Shown here: positions 24,054-35,418 of the stretch, piece after piece
How positions within the stretch are numbered: position 1 is the stretch's first letter
How the letters are laid out: each line of letters opens with the position of its first letter
Assembly (NCBI GenBank): GCA_964016885.1
Contig: OZ024744.1
Span: 35,030,001-35,094,000, forward strand
Source: Eledone cirrhosa
Taxonomy: Eukaryota
Direction of reading: 5' to 3'
DNA: 64,000 nucleotides
Notes under the pieces: model-generated
Database searches by the model: none
Told to the model about the DNA's origin: nothing
The model's input: the letters and a program-made list of their open reading frames with translations, nothing else
Translations under genes and position numbers: made by a program

Positions 24054-25030
24054 CATCATCATTTAACCTCCATTTTCCATACTAGCATGGGTTAGATGGC
24101 TTGTCCCGTTTGAGGTAAGTCGGGTGACCATGTCTTGCTCATACAGAAGTTTATGGCTTGGTTTCTTTGGCTGGATGCACTTCCTAATGCTAACCACATC
24201 TACAATGTGGACTGGGGGAGGGGCATGGGTGGAGTGTTAGAGCATGGGAAGGTGAGTTTTCTGTATTACCGCATAATGCCAAAAATCTCGATCCTGTATC
24301 ATCGGCTTTGAGGGGTGCAATTGTGCTAAGTCAGCTTTTATTACCTTGTCACAGGCATTCCTACTCCATAGCTTCCCTCAACTTTGAGCGCCCTCCCCTT
24401 TTTTATACAGTTGTCATCTTTCATACACGTCACATGTCCATACCAATGCCATCTCCTCTCCTGCTCACTGCATCTGATTCCTCTCATGCCCAGTCTCTCT
24501 CTCAGTTCATTTACACTTTGCCATTTGTGTATATTACTATTACATATCCATCAGAGCATGCAATCTTCATTTCTTTCCAATCTTTGCAGGTCTTCTGCAC
24601 ACAAGTCTCACTACCATGCAACATTGCTGTTTGTATACATGCATCATACAATCAGCCCTTCATTTTGAATGAAAAACCTTTTGTACCTAGCAGCAGTAGT
24701 AGCTCCCTGAACTTTCTCCATTCCGTTCTCACTCTGGCTACAGTACTTTCGGAACACCCTCTTCCACTGCTAATTTGGTAACCCATGCCATGTAACAGAA
24801 ACTATCTACTACTTCTACAGAGCCATCTGGACATTTAAAGGAGCTAGTCTCCTGTGGGCTCTTGCTACTTATTACACATGTGCAGCAACCACATATAAAA
24901 CCTATGTTCTTTGATAGCCTGCTTGTTATCTCACTACATGTCTTGGCACCCATAGCTTGCATTTGTGACATAGGATAGAATTTTTACCTACTCCTTTCCT
25001 GCATACTAAGCAAGGCCATTTCCCTGAGGA
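24054..25030 (-). mobile_element. Older RTE 3' fragment (PHD region to tail)
   Basis: Decayed homology to GKWPC...FCY...WRKFRELL...; (CAT)n at 24054. Confidence 0.85.
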
Positions 25031-25088
25031 AAATATATATATATGTGTGTGTGTGTGTGTTTATTTATATATATATATATATATATAT

Positions 25089-25546
25089 AATTAGGATTTA
25101 ACCTCAGGCATGTATACAGATATGTATTGGAATTTCGTATTTCTAAAGAAACACTGTATGTTTATAAACATTTAGAAAGCCGTAGCTATGCAGAAGCAAG
25201 GGGGACAATCGTTGATGCATTTCGAACTTAACTGGTTCTCATCAGAACGATCCTTCCCAATCCTGCGACTGCTGGACTTGAAAACAGTTGAGAATATATA
25301 GTTTACTCATCTGTGTAAATGAGGTGCATATGAAGCTGCATAAGTTGGCTCAACTATGATAGAATAGAATTAGGATTTAGCTTCAGGCATAGCTGTATAC
25401 AGATATGTATTGGAATTTCATATTTCTAAAGAAACATGTTATGTTTATAGATAAACATTTAGAAAGCCATAGCTATGCTTAGCTACGGCTTTCTAAATGT
25501 TTATCTATAAACATAACATGTTTCTTTAGAAATACGAAATTCCAAT
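25089..25546 (-). mobile_element. Hammerhead-containing 287-bp unit with direct terminal repeat and inverted tail (retrozyme-like or Penelope pseudo-LTR remnant)
   Basis: ~105-bp direct repeats 25089-25191 and 25367-25478, inverted copy 25480-25546, internal hammerhead, (TA)n flank. Confidence 0.7.
25208..25251 (-). ncRNA. Minimal type I hammerhead ribozyme
   Basis: Minus strand: AUCGUU-CUGAUGA-GAAC(cagUUAA)GUUC-GAAA-UGCA-UC^AACGAU; perfect 6-bp stem I, 4-bp stem II, palindromic loop III. Confidence 0.88.
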
Positions 25547-26265
25547 CATCATCATTTTACATCTGCTTTTCCCTGCTTGCAAGGGTTGAATGGGTCCTAT
25601 TCAGCACAGCATCTCTCCACTTGTCACGGTCCTTCGTCATCTCCTTGGTGAGTTTCAGCGATCTGAGGTCTGTTCTCACCACCTCCGCCCATGTTTTTCG
25701 TGGTCTACCACTACTGCATCTTCCTTCTACTGGGATTTCTTGGCATTTCTTTACCCAGCGGTCATCCTCCATGAGCATCACATGCCCATACCATCTCAGC
25801 CTTCTCTCCTGCACACCACAACTTACTCCTCTTATACCCAGTTTCTTTCTCAACTCATCCATGCTTGGTCGTTCACGCACATTGACATTTCACATCCAAT
25901 GGAGCATACTTCCTTCATTTCTCTCCGGCCGTCGCATATCCTCTGCAGCTGCTGCTCATATCTCACTACCGTGCAGCATCGCGCATCTCACACAGGCATC
26001 ATATAACCGTCCTTTCGTACGCAGGTAGAAACCCTTCTTCGTCAGCAGAGGAAGCAGCTGGTCTAAACTTCTTCCAACCCATCCTTATTCTAGATACTAT
26101 GGCCTCAGAACACCCCCCTCCCATGCTAATCTGATCACCTAGGTACCGGAAGCTATTAACCACTTCTATAAAACCTACCTGCATTGGAAAAATGTGTCTA
26201 TCACATCGATTACTACTGCCAACTTTCCCTGTATATCTACTGCATACGTAGTTTTCCCTACCTGT
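25546..26265 (-). mobile_element. RTE family 3 3' fragment (short 3'UTR)
   Basis: FRYLG...WKKF and RRLRWYGHV...GRPRKTW; tail cccttgcaagcagggaaaagcagatgtaaaatgatgat. Confidence 0.9.
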
Positions 26266-26794
26266 ATATATAATGATGATATATGTGTGTATAAATATGT
26301 GTGTGTGTGAGTAAATATATGTGTGTGTGTTTATCTCTTTGCATTCAACATTACATCTGTTGTAGTGATATTTGTTTATATTCTGCATAAAGAGATCCCA
26401 TAGCTCAGCGGTTAGATGTGTAGAGATCATTATTTTACTTCAGAAAAAAAAAACAACAAAACAAGTGATGTTTGACATCAGGAAGATCAACTGGAATCGA
26501 TTTAGTTGGCTTATATTTCACCACATGCATGTTTACTTCATCCAGAAGCTGTTTTCTATCACACAGACAAAAAAAAATTAAAACACATGCTGCTTGTGAG
26601 GTTGAAAGTGTCAGCAAATATATAGAAGGGATATTGTCGTAGCTTTTTTTTATTTTAAAATTTGTCACTGCATCATATTCATGTGTCTTAAACTGAAATG
26701 ATATCATAGCCACCCTGTTTTAATGTATATTTACCAAAATCTTTTGGTTAAACCTTTCCTAATATATTTTTTCTAATTTTTTTTTTTCTTTCAG

Positions 26795-26828
26795 AATATC
26801 TTGCAAATTCTGGTTTATCTTCACAAAG
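26795..26828 (+). CDS. Host gene micro-exon C (EYLANSGLSSQ), 34 bp
   Basis: Long T-tract + CAG acceptor, AG|GTATAT donor; phase 1 to 2, exactly what is needed to link exon B to exon D. Confidence 0.75.
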
Positions 26829-26952
26829 GTATATTTTTAAACATCTCTTTCTCTCTCTCTCACTGATCCCTCTCCCACTCTCTTCCTCTTCTCTACCTCT
26901 ACCCCTCTGCCCCTATCACCTCTCTCTCATCCCTCTATCTCCTCTCTCTCTC

Positions 26953-27262
26953 AGTGCGATTCCTCTGAAGGCTCTTTGGAGTAACGTTACTCAATAGTGC
27001 GTAGCTCAGAGATAAGAGTGTCATTCCAGTAGATCCATTACTTTTCCAAATTGAAAGATCACAACTTCAATGCTACGAACATGTGGTTAGAATGTCTCAG
27101 GAAAGAATGGTTAGATAACATCCATGAGCTCATCTTGTCTTGCTTGGGGATCCAGCCAGATAAATTGTAGACAATTGCTTCTGACATGACTTGCTAGGAG
27201 TACTTGAGGACTCTGTTCCCATTACCCTCTGGAATAAGTCGGCAAAGGAGGAAATAAATTAA
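26953..27262 (+). mobile_element. Decayed RTE-like 3' fragment (another family)
   Basis: Translates to DPLLFQIERSQLQCYEHVVRMSQERMVR, resembling the RTE ...QLRWFGHVxRM motif. Confidence 0.5.
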
Positions 27263-27442
27263 TATGACTCCATTGTTCAGATTTAACATTGAGTGTCTCA
27301 GTTATTGGTGTAGTTTGTGGAGGACATAACTAAGCTGTTTAACACACCTGATTAAGAGAATGTGAATTCAGTTGAGTTTTGTCAGGTGGAGCTGACTAGT
27401 GACGGAACCCTTAGTCAAATAGCTTTAATACTTTAAAGGGAT

Positions 27443-29240
27443 CCGGTCCATCGGGTATAGCTACCGAGATGCTGAAGGCATCTGGGTCGGTAGTTCACAC
27501 CATAACTACACGTATTGTTAACCAGGTAATACTAGAGGGTGTCATACCAAAGGATTGGTGCAGCAGTATCATTGTCAACTGCTACAAGGGTAAAGGTGAT
27601 GCACTAGATAGAGGAAACTATAGAGGTATAAAGCTGATGGACCAGGTCATGAAAGTAATGGAAAGAGTTATAGCACAGTTGATTAGGGACCAGGTAAAAC
27701 TAGATGAGATGCAATTGGGGTTTGTGCCAGGAAAAGGCACCACTGATGCCCTCTTCCTTGTGAGATAGTTACAGGAAAAGTACCTAGCTAAAAGTAAGCT
27801 GCTCTACCTGGCATTTGTTGATCTGGAAAAAGCCTTCAACAGAGTTATCTGTGATATAATCTGGTGGGCTCTTAGAAAACTAGGAGTAGATGAATGGCTT
27901 GTGAAAGCTGTATAAGCCACATATAGAGGAGCAGTCAGCAAAGTTAGGGCAATGACTATAGTGAGGAATTTAGCATACAGGTCGTTGTCCACTAGGGCTC
28001 TGTTCTTAGTCCTCTCCCATTCATTATAGTTTTGCAGGCAATAACAGAAGAGTTTAAGACCGGATGCCCATGGGAACTCCTATATGTGGAGGATCTCACA
28101 CTTATAGCTGAATCTATGGTGGAACTAGAGAAGAAATTCCACACATAGAAGCAGGGACTAGAAAGAAAGGGTCTCAAAGTCAACCTGACAAAGACTAACG
28201 TCCTTGTAAGTAGACGAGAAAACAGAACCCAGATCCCCTCAGGCAAATGGCCTTGCTCAGTATGTAGGAAAGGTGTAGGTAGGAACTCCATCCTCTGCCC
28301 CAAATGCAAACAATGGGTACACAAGAGATGTAGTGGGATCTCAGGAAGCTTAACTAAGAATGTAGGTTTCACATGCAGCAGCTGAGCTGGGACAGCAAGC
28401 AGCAAACAGCCACAGGAAACAAGCACCACCAAACTCTTGGAGGGCTCTGTAGAAACAGTAGACAGCTTCTGCTACCTGGGTGACTGAATTAGCAGCGGGG
28501 GTGGGTGTTCGGAAAGTACAATAACTAGGTAAGAAGGGGATGGAAGAAGTTCAGGGAGCCACTGCTAGCTGCAAAAAGCTTTTCCCTCAAAATGAAAGGC
28601 AGACTGTATGATGCGTGTATATGAACAGCAATGTTACATGGTAGTGAGACCTGGGCGCTGTCTGTGGAAGACTTGCGTAGATTAGAAAGAAACGAAGCTT
28701 GCATGCTCCACTGGATGTCTAATAGTAATATCTGCGGTGTGCAGGAGAGGAGGCTGCGTTGGTATGGACATGTGATGCGTATGAAGGATGACAGCTGCAT
28801 AAAAATGTTCAGAACAATAGAAGTCGATGGAACCTGTGGAGTGGGGAAACTCAAGAAGACCTGGGATGGGGTGATAAAAGCTGACCTTACACAATTACAC
28901 CTCTCAAAGGCGATGACACACGACCGGGACCTCTGACATCACGCAGTAATACAGAAGACCAGACTCCCCATGGATACAAGCCGAAGCTCAAGCATATAGA
29001 CAATATGCCCCACACCCTCCCACTGCAAAGTGGTCGTGGAGGTGCCATGGCAAAAAAAGCACCCAGCACTCACTGTAAATGAGGTTGGTGTTAGGAAGGG
29101 CATCCAACTGTAGAAATCAAGCCAAAATCAGTTCCTGTATGAGCAAGACAAGGTCAGCCGACTGGACACTGCCCACAACAGGACAACCCGTCTAACCCAT
29201 GCTAGCGTGGAAGAACGGACATAAAACAGTGATGATGATG

Positions 29241-29242
<2 letters not shown>
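27443..29242 (+). mobile_element. 5'-truncated, mutated RTE family 1 copy
   Basis: RT through 3'UTR with many stops and deletions; (GAT)n tail running into (TA)n. Confidence 0.93.
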
Positions 29243-29290
<48 letters not shown>

Positions 29291-29466
29291 TTCCCATCCC
29301 ACCCTTGCAAGCAGGGAAAAGCGGACATAAAATGATGATGATGTATATATAGACATATATATATAATGTATGTATGTATGTAAAAGGTAAACAGAAATAA
29401 CAACACAATCAGTACAGTATATGGAAGGAATATATTAGGTTAACGCTTGATATAGCAGGAAGAGGG

Positions 29467-29502
29467 TCTTAACGTTTCGGACGCTAGTCCTTCATCAGAA
29501 GA
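29467..29502 (-). ncRNA. Minimal type I hammerhead ribozyme
   Basis: Minus strand: UCUU-CUGAUGA-A-GGAC(UAGC)GUCC-GAAA-CG-UU^AAGA; palindromic AACGUU in place of stem III. Confidence 0.75.
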
Positions 29503-29717
29503 AAGAATGAGAAATAAGATAGATTGAAGGGACAGGTGGGTTGGAATTGGAAAAAAATGTCTTTAGATAAAAATAACAGGTCCATTCATGTTGACATCTC
29601 TTGGAAAACTTGGTGCTGGCGTTTTGTGTATGATTTACTTTTTTAGAAAAGTGGATGATGGAGCACGTCTGAAATGGAAAAAAAAATGTTTCGTATAAAG
29701 AGCAATACTTGTGCATG

Positions 29718-30112
29718 TCATCATCATCGTTTAACATCCATCTTCCACGCTTGCATGGGTTTGGACAGGAGTTTTCCCACTTGAGGCAAGATTGGTTGTC
29801 TTGCTCGTATAGGACTGTCTGGCGGGTTTTCTACGGCTGGATGCCCTTCCTAACACCAACCACATTTACAGTGTGGACTGGGAGGTTTTTACCGTGTTAC
29901 CTACATGACCACATTACAGCGTGGACTGTATGTTTTTTTGTCGTGACACCTACACGACCTCATTTGTTTCGCACTGGATGTTGTGTACCAACATAACTTC
30001 ACATTGAAGGGGGTAGTGGGACAGGGGTGTATTTTTGTTAGAGGTGCCTACTGACTAGGTTTCGCTTTGTACTTAGGCAAGGCGGGTCTTCTGTATTACT
30101 GTATAGCGCCAA
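29718..30112 (-). mobile_element. RTE subfamily 2 3'UTR fragment
   Basis: Matches 57160-57575; (CAT)n at the left end. Confidence 0.85.
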
Positions 30113-30583
30113 AGTGTGTGTTAATATATGTCCATACAAAGCTAAGAGATATGTGTGTGTATATGTAAGTAAAAGAGTGTGCTTGTAAGTACGAAGCTAT
30201 GAGCAAAAGTATGTTAATATAACGGTGCGTGTGTGTATACAGAGCTGTGAAGGGAAAAGTGGAGTGTGCATATTTTGTTGGTCTGTATTAGTTGTAAGAG
30301 AATATGTTTATGACCATATAATATATATACGTATGGAGAGGGGATTACATTGACATAACTTAAGAACCATTGCGCTTTATGTTTTGTGTCCTATAACTTA
30401 GTATTCCAGCAAATAGAGATTGATAAAATAAGTATTGAAATCGATAAGCACTAAACTCTTTAAGGCAGTGCCCCAGCGTGGCCCCAATGAAAGCTGAAGC
30501 TAGTGAAAGAATATGTATTTCAATGTTGGTGTTAGTGTCTTGATATGTTTATCTGTGTTTATGATATCTTTTGTTTTTACATA

Positions 30584-30848
30584 TGTTTGTGGTTAAGGTA
30601 TTAGGCTTACAACCGTATGGTTGTGAGTTCGATTCCCAGTGGTGTGTTGTCTTTGAGCAAGACGTTTTATTTCACGTTGTTCCAGTCCACTCAGCTTGTC
30701 ATGCTGAATCTCCCTGAGAATTATGTTACGGGTACGCGTGTCTGTGGAATGCTCAGTCACTTACACATTAATTTCACGAGCAGGCTGTTCCGTTGATCGG
30801 ATCAATTGATCAATTGGAATACAAGTCATCGTAACCGACGGACTGCCA
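30584..30848 (+). mobile_element. tRNA-derived CORE-like SINE
   Basis: B box gagttcgattc, tgtctttgagcaagac; followed by (TA)n. Confidence 0.65.
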
Positions 30849-30850
30849 AT

Positions 30851-30909
<59 letters not shown>

Positions 30910-31030
30910 TATATATAGATAGTTTATGGTGAGCATGGATGAAGAGATCCTGGTTTGTAGAAGCTTTTAGTCATTTGTTTGATTTGCATTTTATCATGAG
31001 AGTTGTAATGATAGTTTGTCTATTTATCAT

Positions 31031-31698
31031 TTAACCCTATTGTGGCCACATTTCTTATGAAATATATTGCCCATTTGTTTCAATTAATTTTTGACATCTT
31101 TTACCACATTCGTAAGACATTCTTGAAAAGTCCAGAACAGCACATATAACTGCATCACATTAAAAAATGAAGTTTTTACTCTAATATTGCTAATTTTCAC
31201 AACAATCTTTCTTCTAGTAAAGATACTACAAACATTTCAAGTATAGTATTAATATTTAATTTTTTAAATTATCAAGAATTGTAGGTAGGGGTTTATAATA
31301 TAACTAAATTAATTTCTCCATTATAAAGCTATTATTTGGAACATACCAGAAAGTTCTTATGTAAAATTGTGGGAGCCCGGTTTACATTTAAACAAAATAT
31401 TTTATTGAAATCAACTTAGAGTTACAAGCTTCAATGCACACATGTTTTTAAACTACGAAAATAGTCTAAGAAATTGGGCATATAAGCCCCTGTTGAAAGG
31501 AAAATGTGGACAACGTTGCCCATCAAATGCTGTCCACATTTTCCCCTCTCTTGCCCAATTTGTTAGACTATTTTTATAGTTGGATAAATGTGTGCATTGA
31601 AACTTCTCTGCTCAACGTTTCTAAAAAAATAGATCATTTATTTAACAAAATACTTTACAACAGACAGTGGCTTCGGGCAGGTTGATATTAAGAGTTAA
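31031..31698. mobile_element. TTAA-flanked MITE carrying a nested palindromic element
   Basis: ttaaccctattg ... gggcaggttgatattaagagttaa, similar to 2780-3029. Confidence 0.5.
31426..31605. repeat. ~180-bp imperfect palindrome (MITE-like foldback)
   Basis: aagcttcaatgcacaca...aatagtctaa...aattgggca...ggaaaatgtggaca mirrored by tgtccacattttcc...tgcccaatt...ttagactatt...tgtgtgcattgaaactt. Confidence 0.75.
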
Positions 31699-32212
31699 GA
31701 TGAAAATTTTATTAAACAAAGGTTGAAAAGCACAAAATGAACTGAGTCTTGATAAACAGTTTAAGAGCTATGTGAATTTCACGTAACATAAAAGATATGT
31801 ACTATTCTTTCGATAGATTTTTAGCAACTCACTAACTAAGGCATGCAAAATACTAAAATGCCAGAATCATTTAATGTTTGCTTCTTTTGCTCTTTAACTT
31901 CACTTAAATCTCTAAAGTCATAAAGAGAAATACATACTGTAAAAACTTGTAAAAAGTTGTATTTTTTTCACACAAATATTTGTGGAAAATCAGCATGCAA
32001 ATTAGCTATTGAGCCTACAAAACTTCAATTTAAAATATATGGTACATTGTAAATATATGTAAAATGGAAGTGTGACTTATACATAACAATACATGGTAGT
32101 TTACACAATATTTCTTTTCTGTTTTGAATTTAGATCTTATGCTTTGTATTAAAAAAATTATTAAATATATATTAATTTTTTAATATTGTTTCTTTTCTCT
32201 TTTTTAATCCAG

Positions 32213-33063
32213 AAATCCAACACAATCAAATAATAGAGCTTTGTGCCTTGAAGCTTGTCATTTTGACAATTGTGAATGTGATTCTATTTCTAATAATTGT
32301 ACTGGCACTAAACAAACATCTTTGAATAACCTTGTAGAGCCAATCTCTCCTTCACTTGAATCAGACTGTAAAAATGATGAGGAGAAAGTTAGTTGGAGTG
32401 AAGATGAGCTTTTAAATGACTCTCTACTAGAAACTGGTTATAGTGACAACTGTGTTGATAGTATAAAAGAGAAATCATCAGTGACGAACACTAATAGTTC
32501 TACAAATCAAAATGACAAAACAAAACTACTAAGTCCTATAATTCAAAATAATCTCAAATACTCTAATCTGTCCAGTTCCAAGAAAAATAACAAGTCTTTG
32601 CACAAAAGAAAAACATTGAGTTCTTGTAAAAATAAGAAGGTAAATTTGTCTGAAAGTATGTCTTCTTCATCAGATGACATGAATTTATCAGACAGTGAAA
32701 TTGACGAAATGCTTTCTCAGTTACAGGAAACAGATCTATTTGGGCTAGAGATGGCTAAAAACACTATGAATAATGCAAAATCGGAAATTCTTCCTGCAGC
32801 ATCACCATCATCATCATATCCTATTGCTTTAAATACAGAACAGTTTTCCAACAACAGAATAACAAGACAGATGGCTAAAATAGCTAATGTGCAAGTTGTA
32901 GAAAATCAGACAAAATTTGTTGACATTGTAACTAATCATAGTGAACTAACAAAGCCATACTTTCTAAGGAGTTCTTCTTCAAAAAAAACAAATAATAATG
33001 CAAATTCAAAGGTACCAATTCCTGGAACCAATCCTTGGCAATCTGTTCAGACTTTTCCTAAAT
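32213..33063 (+). CDS. Host gene large exon D (Ser/Asn/Lys/acidic-rich, probably disordered)
   Basis: Polypyrimidine + CAG acceptor at 32212, 851-bp open frame (covers ORF 32241-33224 up to the donor), GTGAGT donor at 33064; phase 2 to 1. Confidence 0.85.
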
Positions 33064-33186
33064 GTGAGTTTTTTTCAAGTTTCTTTTGGGCTTTTTTGAT
33101 TTCATTTGGGATTGATTTTTCAGGGGTTTTTTCTTTTGTTTCTCCATTGCTAACGGAATGTAAGATTTGTTTTAAATTTATATGTA

Positions 33187-33429
33187 CAAAAGCACCCAGT
33201 CCACACTTTAAAGTGGTCATGTAAGTGTCACAACAAAAAGCACCTACCACACACAGTAAAGTGGTCACATAGAAGTCGTGGCAAAAGCACCCAGCTGTAG
33301 AAATCTAGCCAGAATCAGTTCTGTATGAGCCGGATATGGTCACCTGACCTGACTTGCCTCAAATGGGACAGCACATCTAACCCATCCAAGAATGGAAAAT
33401 GGATGTTAAACGACAATGATGATGATGAT
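33187..33429 (+). mobile_element. RTE 3'UTR fragment
   Basis: UTR modules and (GAT)n tail, tail-to-tail with the next copy. Confidence 0.75.
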
Positions 33430-33430
33430 A

Positions 33431-34151
33431 TCATTATCATCATTTAACGTCCATTTTCCATGCTAGCATGGGTTTGACAGTAAGTTGAGGTTAGTTGACC
33501 ATGTCTTGCTCATACAGAACTGATTTTAGCTTGGTTGCTATGGCTGGGTTCCCTTCCTATGCCAGCCACATTTATAGTGAGTACTTGGTGCTTTTTGTTG
33601 TGACACCTACACAACCACCTTACAGTGTGGGCTGGGTGCTTTTGTCGTATCGCCATCGCAACCACTTTACAGTGTGGACTGGGAGCCTTTTTGTTGTGTC
33701 ATCTACACGCCCACTTTAGTGGACAGAAATGGGAGGATGGAGTAGGGTGTATGGGGTGGGGTGTATATTGGGTTAGGAGGTGCCTACTGACTGTAGGTTA
33801 AGTTCGTATGTAGGGGCAGTTGGGTCTTCTGTACAACTGCATAGCGCCAAAGATCTCGATCCAGAAATCTTAGAGAGGTGTAAGTGAGCAAGGTCAGTTT
33901 TTACCACCTCGTCCCAGGTTTTTCTTGGTCTACCCACTCCGTAGCTTCTATCAATTTCGATCGCTCTGCACTTTTTATACAGCTATCGTCCTTCATACGC
34001 ATCACATGTCCATATCAACGTAATCTCTCCAGAACACATTTGATACCTCTTATGCTCAGTCTTTCTCTTAATTCATTTATGCTTTGTCGTTCGCGTACAT
34101 TACTATTACACATCCATCGGAGCATGCAAGCTTCGTTTCTTTCTAATCTAC
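33431..34151 (-). mobile_element. RTE 3' fragment
   Basis: RLERNEACMLRWMC to 3'UTR. Confidence 0.85.
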
Positions 34152-34249
34152 GCGCACAATGCCTAGGTCTCACTAGCAGTAAATAACCCATTGTTTTGTG
34201 TGAATGCATTGTTTCAAGGTCGCACAGTGAGTTGGTTCCCCATATCCCA

Positions 34250-34482
34250 GGAGAAGGCTAAGAACAGAGCCCTGGTGGACACCAACCTGTATGCTAAATT
34301 CCTCGCTATAGTCATTGTTAACCCTAACTTTGCTGGCTGCTCCCTTATACATGGCTTGTACAGACTTCACAAACCACTCATCTACTCCTAGTTTCCTAAG
34401 AGCCTGCCAGATTATAGCACGGGGCACTCTGTCGAAGGCTTTTTCCAGCTCGACAAATGCCATGTAGAGCGACTTACTTTTC
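34250..34482 (-). mobile_element. RTE internal RT fragment (inverted relative to the next piece)
   Basis: AFVELEKAFDRVP...QGSVLS. Confidence 0.85.
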
Positions 34483-34496
34483 CTTGAGTTCATCTG

Positions 34497-35026
34497 CCGC
34501 AAACGGCAAAGCATAAACAAATTGAAAGAGAGACTGAGTATAAGAGGAATCAAATGCTGTGTGTAGGAGAGGCGGTTGCGTTGGTATGGACATGTGATAC
34601 TTATGAAGGATGACGGCTGCATAAAAAGGTGCAGAGCACTAGAAGTCGATTGAAACCGCGGAATGGGGAGACCCAAGAAGACCTGAGATGAGGTGATAAA
34701 AGCCAACCTTACCCAATTGCACCTCTCAAGGGCGATGACACACGACCGTGACCTCTGGCGTAATACAGAAGACCCAACCCCCCCCACAGGTACAAGCCGA
34801 AGCTGAAGCATATAGACAATATGCCCCCACACTGTAAAGAGGACGTGTAGGCGCCACGGAAAAAAAGCACCCAGTACTCACTGTAAATGAGGTTGGTGTT
34901 AGGAAGGGCATCTAGCTGTAGAAATCAAGCCAGAATCAGTTCCAGTATGAGCAAGGCATGGTCAGCTGACTGGACACTGCTCACAGCAGGACAACCCGTC
35001 TAACCTATGCTAGCGTGGAAGAACGG
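34497..35026 (+). mobile_element. RTE family 1 3' fragment
   Basis: RQSIN...RLRWYGHV...3'UTR. Confidence 0.9.
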
Positions 35027-35418
35027 CATTTGATTCCTCTTATGCTTAGTCTCTCTCTCAATTTGTTTGTGCTTTGCCATTCGCATATATTATTATTACA
35101 CATCCATCGAAGCATGCAGGCTTCGTTTCTTCATAGCTCGTGGATTCATATTCATTTTCAATTATTAATTCAGGGTTGCTCCATTTATTCTCAGCTCATC
35201 CATACATAACGGTAAGAGAATTCAGGGCTAGAAGAACAGTGGTGGTGGTAATAATGGCAGGGTTTGTTGGTGCTAGGACGGGTGAGGAGAGAGGTAGTAG
35301 TAGTAATGGCAGTTTGTTGGGGTTGATAATGGGTGGGGGAACATGCTGAGGTTTGATTGGTCGAATAGGCTATGGTGGTGTGAGGGGGTTGGCGGAAGGG
35401 AAATTGTGAGATAGGTAG
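35027..35418 (-). mobile_element. Internally deleted RTE: proximal 5'UTR and start codon fused directly to C-terminal coding sequence
   Basis: 35131-35418 is homologous to 18602-18860 (ATG AAT CCA CGA GCT); 35027-35131 encodes RNEACMLRWMC. Confidence 0.75.

Noticed and set aside
33064-33224. Hydrophobic C-terminal tail of ORF 32241-33224 as a transmembrane segment
   Set aside because: Lies after a strong GTGAGT donor in T-rich intron sequence and runs into an RTE UTR
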